64,000 nucleotides of DNA, from assembly GCF_000153105.1 (NCBI RefSeq), contig NZ_CH672376.1:2499136-2563135 (forward strand), read 5' to 3'. The stretch comes from Blastopirellula marina DSM 3645. GTDB lineage: Bacteria > Planctomycetota > Planctomycetia > Pirellulales > Pirellulaceae. This document shows positions 58,089 through 64,000 of this stretch, in pieces. The notes below the pieces were generated by a model. The model was given only the letters and a program-made list of their open reading frames with translations. It was not told the DNA's origin and made no database searches. The position numbers were made by a program, and so were the translations under genes. Each line of letters begins with the position of its first letter. Position 1 is the stretch's first letter.

Positions 58089-59252
58089 TTATCCGGACCG
58101 ATCTCCGATCAGCGTCTCTTTCGCCGCTCGCGACAGAGCTTTGATCGCCAGTTCGCGTTTCAAGGCCGCGCTTTGATTCGGCTGCGACTCTTGATAAACG
58201 ACCACCACAGGTAGACGACTGCGCGTGTACCGCGCGCCGGTGCCGGCGTTGTGTTTGGCGATGCGCTGCGATAGGTCGTTGGTGACGCCGGTGTAGAGGG
58301 ATCCATCGGCGCACTGCAGCATGTAGACGGTCCAGGGGCGCGCTAGTTGCTTCATCAGCTTCAGCACGGCGACTTCTTTCGCCTTCGCTTCGACTTCGAC
58401 GGTCAATGTCTGCTCGCGCCAACAGTCGGGAAAGTCGACGATGTTGATAAAGTCATGGTGGCGACCCGGCTTCGGTCCCTTCCAGCCTTCCAGCGGACTG
58501 GAAAGATGAAACAGCGGCTCGCGATTCCAGGTGGCCAGCGCCTGCTCGGTCGCCGCTTCGACCGACAAACCATCGGGATTGCAGCGATGATGATGCACAT
58601 CGTAGACCAACGGAATTCCGGTCGACCGACAAAGCGGCAACAGGTCCTCAGGCGTATAGGTGACGTCGTCATTCTCGACCGTCAAGCGGCTGCGGGCTCG
58701 TTTGGAGAGGCGCGATAGTGATTCGGCGAACCGCGCCAGCGCCGCCGGCTTGTCGCCATAGGCGCCGCCGCCGTGAATGTTCACCACATCGGCGCCAACC
58801 CACTCGGCGACTTCCGCTTGATATTCGAGTTCCGCCAGCGAGCGCTCGACCACCTCCGCACGCGGCGAATTGAGCACCACAAATTGATCGGGATGAAAGC
58901 TGGTGCGAATATCGTGGGCCGCGGCGAACTTGCCGCATTTCCGAAAGCGGCGAACGGCTTCTTTTCCGTCAGGCAGTTCGCGGATGTCGTACCCGCACTC
59001 GGCATGCGTCTTCAGCGGCAGGATCTGACTATTGATCCGAAACGAGCCGATCCCCTGCTCTGCACAAAACTGCAGCGCCAGCAGCAACGCATCAGCATTG
59101 GCCAGGCAAAGAGCTGACAACTTGGCCAACCCGGCGTCACGCGGCATGCCGCTGATCGACTTGACGGTGGTGTTACGAAACTTGATCGGCTGGTCGTGAA
59201 AGATGCAGCAGAGACCGAGGCGGATGCGTGACGTGGAAGGTGAGTCCGGCAT
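58089..59252 (-). CDS. uvdE: UV DNA damage endonuclease (UvdE) fused to a C-terminal GIY-YIG (YhbQ/UPF0213-like) nuclease domain
   Basis: UvdE TIM-barrel pattern over ~310 aa (IRLGLCCIFHDQPIKF...); C-terminal WTVYMLQCADGSLYTGVTNDLSQRIAKHNAG...YTRSRLPVVVVY GIY-YIG. Confidence 0.65.
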   Translation of the reverse strand: MPDSPSTSRIRLGLCCIFHDQPIKFRNTTVKSISGMPRDAGLAKLSALCLANADALLLALQFCAEQGIGSFRINSQILPLKTHAECGYDIRELPDGKEAVRRFRKCGKFAAAHDIRTSFHPDQFVVLNSPRAEVVERSLAELEYQAEVAEWVGADVVNIHGGGAYGDKPAALARFAESLSRLSKRARSRLTVENDDVTYTPEDLLPLCRSTGIPLVYDVHHHRCNPDGLSVEAATEQALATWNREPLFHLSSPLEGWKGPKPGRHHDFINIVDFPDCWREQTLTVEVEAKAKEVAVLKLMKQLARPWTVYMLQCADGSLYTGVTNDLSQRIAKHNAGTGARYTRSRLPVVVVYQESQPNQSAALKRELAIKALSRAAKETLIGDRSG

Positions 59253-59386
59253 AGCGAATGAGGAACTGCAGGTGATCGGCGTTGGCAATATGGCCAACGA
59301 ACCGCCGCCACATCCATGGAGATAAGAGTATAGCCGGCGCCTATCGACAGAATAGCCGCCCCCCCCCTGCTTCGTTGGAGACGCCG

Positions 59387-60625
59387 CTAGGGCGCTGCAT
59401 TGGGCTGCGACCAGCGGATGCGCGAAAGATAGAGACTCGGTTCTCCTGATTTTGCTCGGCTGCGGCCAGCGACCACCCAGGTCTCCTCCGGCGAGATGTT
59501 TGCCACGCCGAAGTTGCCGAAGCCGTTTTTCAACTTTGGCAAGAGCGCCTGTTCGGTCTGGCGAAGGACGACCAGCTTCTCAGGGTCGACTTGCGCGAGG
59601 AACAGCGGAGCTCGGTGACGAAAGATGTCATCGTTGTCGGCGCCTGTTCTGGTGTAGGCGAGAAACAGCCCATCCGAATGAGTCACCCAGTGTTGTTGGG
59701 TGTTGTAACTCCCGAGCGGCTGGCCATCGTCAAAGACCCACGGCTGGGGCTGAGCGAAGTGAAGCCCATCTTGGCTGGTCGTGACATAGGCTCCCCGGTC
59801 ATTTCGCAGGGTGAGAAAAAAGGTCTCTCCAAACTTGGTGAGCGACGGCTCGACAAAGCCCCGGTCGATGTCGATCGACAGCGCATTTCCTTGTTCGATG
59901 ACACGAAGCGTTTCTCCATCAAACTGACAGCGCAGCACCATCGCCGAGTGGCGGCTATCGTTTCCGCCCCCTCCAAAGTAGATCGGCAGCAAGATGTCGC
60001 CGTTCGGAAGGTCGTATCGCTGCGAACAGCCAGAACGAGCAAAATGGAACTCCGGCGAATCTAGCAGCTCCACCTTCTTCCACGGCGCCCAGCGATGCGC
60101 ACCGGGATCATAGGCGGAATAGGCGATGTCGCTGCCGCCGTTGGGCGCATGTTTCTTCAACTTCGGATCAAGCCAAAACGTCGCGCCCGTTAAGAGCAGC
60201 TTGCCTGACTTTTCGTGCCAGTGCGGGGTCATGTCGACTGGAACCTCAATAAGCCCGTCCTCCAGCGTGCGACGATCCAGCGCAGGATCAAGTTGCGGTC
60301 CGTGCCAGTTCTTACCGTGATCGTCGGACCACATGCTGCTCATGCCGTGGTACATGTGCGTGCCGTTTCCATCAATCGCTTGCAGCGTGATGACTTCTAT
60401 CGGTCGGTCTGTTTGGGGGTCCCCCTTTTGCTGTGGAATTTTGCCGGGACGCGCTTGCATCCAATGCGTACCATCTTCCGGCGCATGCAACAGGACTTCG
60501 ACATCAACCGATTCGACTCGCAGTCCCTCCGCCCAGCCAACAGCAGGCAACAGCGCCAGGCAAATAAGAACGGCGCCGAGCGATTTGCCAAACAATGCAA
60601 TGCGATGGAACGGAATCGGCATCAA
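59387..60625 (-). CDS. secreted BNR/Asp-box sialidase-like glycoside hydrolase
   Basis: Signal peptide; Asp-boxes SMWSDDHGKNW and TSQDGLHF. Confidence 0.5.
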   Translation of the reverse strand: MMPIPFHRIALFGKSLGAVLICLALLPAVGWAEGLRVESVDVEVLLHAPEDGTHWMQARPGKIPQQKGDPQTDRPIEVITLQAIDGNGTHMYHGMSSMWSDDHGKNWHGPQLDPALDRRTLEDGLIEVPVDMTPHWHEKSGKLLLTGATFWLDPKLKKHAPNGGSDIAYSAYDPGAHRWAPWKKVELLDSPEFHFARSGCSQRYDLPNGDILLPIYFGGGGNDSRHSAMVLRCQFDGETLRVIEQGNALSIDIDRGFVEPSLTKFGETFFLTLRNDRGAYVTTSQDGLHFAQPQPWVFDDGQPLGSYNTQQHWVTHSDGLFLAYTRTGADNDDIFRHRAPLFLAQVDPEKLVVLRQTEQALLPKLKNGFGNFGVANISPEETWVVAGRSRAKSGEPSLYLSRIRWSQPNAAP

Positions 60626-60698
60626 TGAATACTCCGCGAGTGCGATAACTAGTGGGGATGATTGGGGCAGCGGCTGTCTGGACTGGTCGCACGGCGAA

Positions 60699-61436
60699 CT
60701 AAGCGATCATGCCTGGCGTGTCTGATTCCCGCTTTTTGTTGAGCGGGTCGAGTTCAGATTGAATATGGGTTAGCTCGGCGCGAAGTTGTTTGACGAACAG
60801 CGAAATATCGGCGCTGTGGATCAGCATGTTGAGTCCCTGGCGCAGCCAGTCCACCTCTTGAGCGACGTCGCCCCAGAAATGGATTCCAGCGCCCACCTGA
60901 CGAGCGCGTGCTTTGCGGATGATCGTTTGCATCGCCTGGTCAAACCGCGGATGATCGTACTGCTCGGGGATGCCCAGACTGCAGGAAAGGTCGTGAGGGC
61001 CTACCAAAACAGCGTCGAGTCCGTTAACCGCAAGCAGGTCGTCGATCGCCGCGATCGCAGGCGTGCTTTCGACGTTAATCACCAGCGTATGTTGCGAATT
61101 GTGCTGCTCGATATATTGCTGCAATTCCGGCCCCAGCGACTCTCCCTGCAGGTAGCGTTCTAGTCGCTCTCCTTTCAGCGGACGACACTTGACGGCGCCA
61201 ACCAGTGCGCGGACCTGCTCGGCGGTCTCGACGTAAGGAGCGATGACGCCTGCTGCGCCTCCATCCAGAACCATGGTCGCGAGGTTCGGATTTGGCTCAG
61301 GAATACGGACCAGCGGCGCCATGCCAAGCTGTTGGTAGGTCTGGCACATCCAAGAAAGCTCGGCGCGATCCAGGGCGATATGCTCGGTATCGATGAAGAC
61401 GAAATCGAGCCCGCTGCCGGCGAGTGCCGCTGGCAA
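60699..61436 (-). CDS. HpcH/HpaI aldolase family protein with an apparent frameshift near 61430-61450
   Basis: AALAGSGLDFVFIDTEH onward matches the HpcH family; the expected N-terminus (GVANAIWTLTIASIAS, ~G.W..I.SP) lies in a different frame at 61429-61476. Confidence 0.5.
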   Translation of the reverse strand: MPAALAGSGLDFVFIDTEHIALDRAELSWMCQTYQQLGMAPLVRIPEPNPNLATMVLDGGAAGVIAPYVETAEQVRALVGAVKCRPLKGERLERYLQGESLGPELQQYIEQHNSQHTLVINVESTPAIAAIDDLLAVNGLDAVLVGPHDLSCSLGIPEQYDHPRFDQAMQTIIRKARARQVGAGIHFWGDVAQEVDWLRQGLNMLIHSADISLFVKQLRAELTHIQSELDPLNKKRESDTPGMIA

Positions 61437-61479
61437 TCGAGGCGATGGTTAAGGTCCAAATGGCGTTCGCGACACCGGT

Positions 61480-62070
61480 TTGCCGACGGTCGTCGCCGGC
61501 AGTCTCTATGCATCGAGCCAAGGGCTCTCTTGTATCGATCGCGACCAGACGCAGTTGGGACGATTGCTGGCCAACTATCTGCTCTCCAAAGGGCATCGCA
61601 AAATTCTGATGATTACCCGCCAGCGTCCTGGGTTAGGAGCGGGAGATTATCGGGTTGCAGATGCGATCGCCGAGATTGCATCGGGTGAAGGACTTTCGGC
61701 AAACGCGCTGATCGTTCGCAGTTTGCCGCATGATCCGGTCATCGTCCGTGGAGAAATTCAACATTTCCTCGAGACCTGTGATGATCTGCCGGGGATCTTG
61801 CTGCGACCCTGGCAAATGATCGAACCCATTTATGAGGCGATTGAAGCGGCCGGCCTCACGCCGCAAAAGGATGTCGCCGTGGCGGTCGCCGATTACTTTC
61901 AGGGAACCTCCAAGCCGCTCCCCTATCCGGCGATTCGGTCGACCATGACCCCGAAGGATCAAGGTTTTCAATGGGGGCAACTTCTGCTCGAGAGCGCCAG
62001 AAACGGAAGCGCCAACTCCAAGTCCGTGCTCGTTCCGGTGCGACTGGAGATTCCTGCCGAACTGAGCTGA
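61480..62070 (+). pseudogene. 5'-truncated LacI-family regulator (C-terminal ligand-binding half only)
   Basis: Matches LacI periplasmic-binding-fold C-terminus (ANYLLSKGHRKILMI...VLVPVRLEIPAELS); no HTH or first subdomain; the frame opens only at 61453. Confidence 0.5.
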
Positions 62071-62406
62071 CAAGCAAAGACCGGCAGGGATTTCGGCCTC
62101 TTTAGGATCAAGCGACGCCCCCTCTTCTCCGACCCAACACGTCGTCCTTAAGCATGTCTGAAGTCCATCCGCCGCCGGGCGACGCAGCCCTGGGTGAGAA
62201 CTTCAGAAACGTGAACAAAAAAGCATGTGCCTTCGAGGTGAACTTTGTCATTTGGCGACATGTTGGCTGCGGTACGATCAGTCTGGTCACGGTTAGCACA
62301 ATCATCCGAGCTACTTCCGTCCGGGCGCACCACGCCTGCATCGCTTCGTGATTGATTTTGCCTGGTCCAGCAACGAGATCTCGCGGGGCCGCGTGGGATG
62401 ACGTTC

Positions 62407-62769
62407 TCAAGAATTCTTCGCTTTCATTTCTTTCGCCGTATCGAAGTACGACCACAGCACCAAGACCGTCAAGATGGTGGCGTACACGACTAGCGCCCAA
62501 AATCGCCAATCCTGGTTCGCGTCTCCATACTGGCTGTCATAGATCGAAAGGGCGATCATCAGAATCGATCCCACAGTCGCGAGTTGCCACTTTAGCCAGT
62601 TGCCGATGCCCAACACGATCGAGATCACGCCGCTCGCGATGTACATCTGCGGGCTGTTGATTCCCTGTCCGTAATAGGCGCCTCCGCCTGTGATCGCCGC
62701 ATAGCCAATCATGGCCCGGCCGATGCCGACCAATACGTTTAAAAGAGCCATCAGTCGAAATGATTTCAT
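62407..62769 (-). CDS. hypothetical membrane protein
   Basis: Four predicted TM helices. Confidence 0.4.
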   Translation of the reverse strand: MKSFRLMALLNVLVGIGRAMIGYAAITGGGAYYGQGINSPQMYIASGVISIVLGIGNWLKWQLATVGSILMIALSIYDSQYGDANQDWRFWALVVYATILTVLVLWSYFDTAKEMKAKNS

Positions 62770-63059
62770 CAGATTACCTTTGGGGGGGCAGAAGTTTTGC
62801 ATTGAGAACCATCGCAAATCGTATGCCTGACCCTCTATTCGTGGCTTTTTGCCGCCCAGGCAAAGCTATTTGGGGAGCTTTCCAAGCGGGGGCTCTAGAT
62901 CAGCACGTTCGTTCCCCGGTTCTGACATCCAGGCGATGACCGGAGGTCAAGCGGCCGTAACACACGATTGGCCGGTTCGGTCTCGCCGGGTCAGGCAGCA
63001 CCTTTCCCGCAACTCTCGTAGGGACAATAATTTAAGAAAAGGTCCCCGGGAGAAAACGA

Positions 63060-64000
63060 ATGCCAACCAATCTATTCGGCAAATTGCCGACTGTTAGCGA
63101 ATTGCTTGAACGACCGCCGCTGAAAAAGTTGCGTGAGACGATGAACCCGGCCACGCTGGTTAGCAGCGTCGGCGCATATTTGGATCGGTATCAGCGCGAC
63201 TTCAAAACCCGCGTCGCCGATTTTCCAGCGCCCAAGCTGCATCAAATGGCGGAGTCGATCTCGCGTTGGCTCTCTGGCGATGCGCCTCCCGGAATTCGTG
63301 CGGCGATCAACGCGACCGGCGTCGTGTTGGCGCCAGAATTGGGCAAATGTGCGCTTCCTGAACGCGCGATTCAAGGCGCGTATGCTCGCCTGCGAGATTA
63401 TCACACGACGCAGTTCGCTGCAGCGACCGCCCAGCCCGGCGTTTCGCAAGCCGAGACGGCCAAGCTAATCGCTGAATTAGCGGCGGCCGCCGAAGCGGCG
63501 ATCGTCAACTCGCGGATGGCTGCACTGCACTTGGCGCTGAACGAACTAGCGGCGGGTCGCAAGTTGATCGTCGCTCGCGGACAATTGGGAGAAACGTTTG
63601 ATGCGATTCATTTGCCCCATCTGATCGCCGGCGCCGGAGTACGCTTGGTGGAAGTGGGCGCGAGCAACTGCGCTACGATCGCCGACTACGAAAAAGCGAT
63701 CGATGACGAAACGGCCGCAATCCTCTCGATCGATGCGAGTAACTTTGCCGGCGCGTCGAACTCGACGCATCCGAGCCTGGTCGAACTGGCGGCGCTGGCC
63801 AAATCGCGCCGCATCCCGCTGGTGCACGACGTGGGCGTCGGCGGATTACAGAATCGCGATGAGTATCGTGAACTGGGCGTCGATAGCGTGCAGGCCGCAA
63901 TCTCGCAGGGCGCCGACTTGGTGATCGCCGCCGGCAATCACTTGTTGGGCGGACCTGACGCCGGGCTACTGGTCGGTCAGCGGAAGTGGATTGAGCAGAT
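63060..64000 (+). CDS. SelA-like (L-seryl-tRNA(Sec) selenium transferase family) protein, 3'-truncated at window edge; the catalytic Lys position reads His
   Basis: GGGAG Shine-Dalgarno; AINATGVVLAPELGK, IVARGQLGETFDAIHLPHLIAGAGVRLVEVGAS and AAGNHLLGGPDAGLLVG align with SelA VINLTGTVLHTNLGR / VVSRGELVEIGGAFRIP / FSGDKLLGGPQAGIIVG. Confidence 0.6.
   Translation, partial: MPTNLFGKLPTVSELLERPPLKKLRETMNPATLVSSVGAYLDRYQRDFKTRVADFPAPKLHQMAESISRWLSGDAPPGIRAAINATGVVLAPELGKCALPERAIQGAYARLRDYHTTQFAAATAQPGVSQAETAKLIAELAAAAEAAIVNSRMAALHLALNELAAGRKLIVARGQLGETFDAIHLPHLIAGAGVRLVEVGASNCATIADYEKAIDDETAAILSIDASNFAGASNSTHPSLVELAALAKSRRIPLVHDVGVGGLQNRDEYRELGVDSVQAAISQGADLVIAAGNHLLGGPDAGLLVGQRKWIEQ

Noticed and set aside
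1-64000. CRISPR arrays, rRNA, IS/transposase or integrase genes
   Set aside because: No regularly spaced direct repeats, no rRNA-like conserved blocks, and no transposase or integrase-like ORFs recognised by eye

Overview
High-GC (~58-60%) chromosomal segment that looks Planctomycetota-derived (inferred from the many DUF1559/prepilin-like proteins). The housekeeping backbone includes xseA-xseB-ispA-dxs, nadK, dnaA with an upstream DnaA-box-like cluster, surE, guaA, ettA and proC. Lineage-specific accessory genes are interleaved with these. The most distinctive pattern is a two-gene cassette, a DUF1559 pseudopilin-like protein immediately followed by a small lipoprotein with a carboxypeptidase-regulatory-like motif, which occurs five times. 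Other accessory features: a tandem triplication of RDD-family membrane proteins whose third copy has decayed; a four-gene minus-strand operon encoding DUF1570, an orphan 12-TM ABC permease, an SPFH::YbjN-like fusion and a hypothetical protein; an operon centred on an ankyrin-repeat lipoprotein; a PepSY-TM/DUF2271/DUF4198 cluster preceded by a palindromic operator; a UvdE::GIY-YIG nuclease fusion; a GH36 alpha-galactosidase with a XylR-type regulator; a sialidase-like protein; a frameshifted HpcH aldolase abutting a 5'-truncated LacI fragment; and a SelA-like partial gene at the window edge that lacks the PLP-binding lysine. Non-coding features: an AT-rich island (~2.84-3.70 kb) carrying an ORF interrupted by two in-frame stops; an 800-bp gene-free gap (47.56-48.36 kb) full of nested hairpins that shares a ~27-nt motif with the dxs 3' intergenic region; a promoter plus terminator-like hairpin in the guaA leader; and an unannotated 56-aa lysine-rich ORF after ettA. 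No rRNA, tRNA or CRISPR array was recognised. All coordinates derive from the supplied ORF track plus manual reading, so start codons and motif positions may be off by a few nucleotides.
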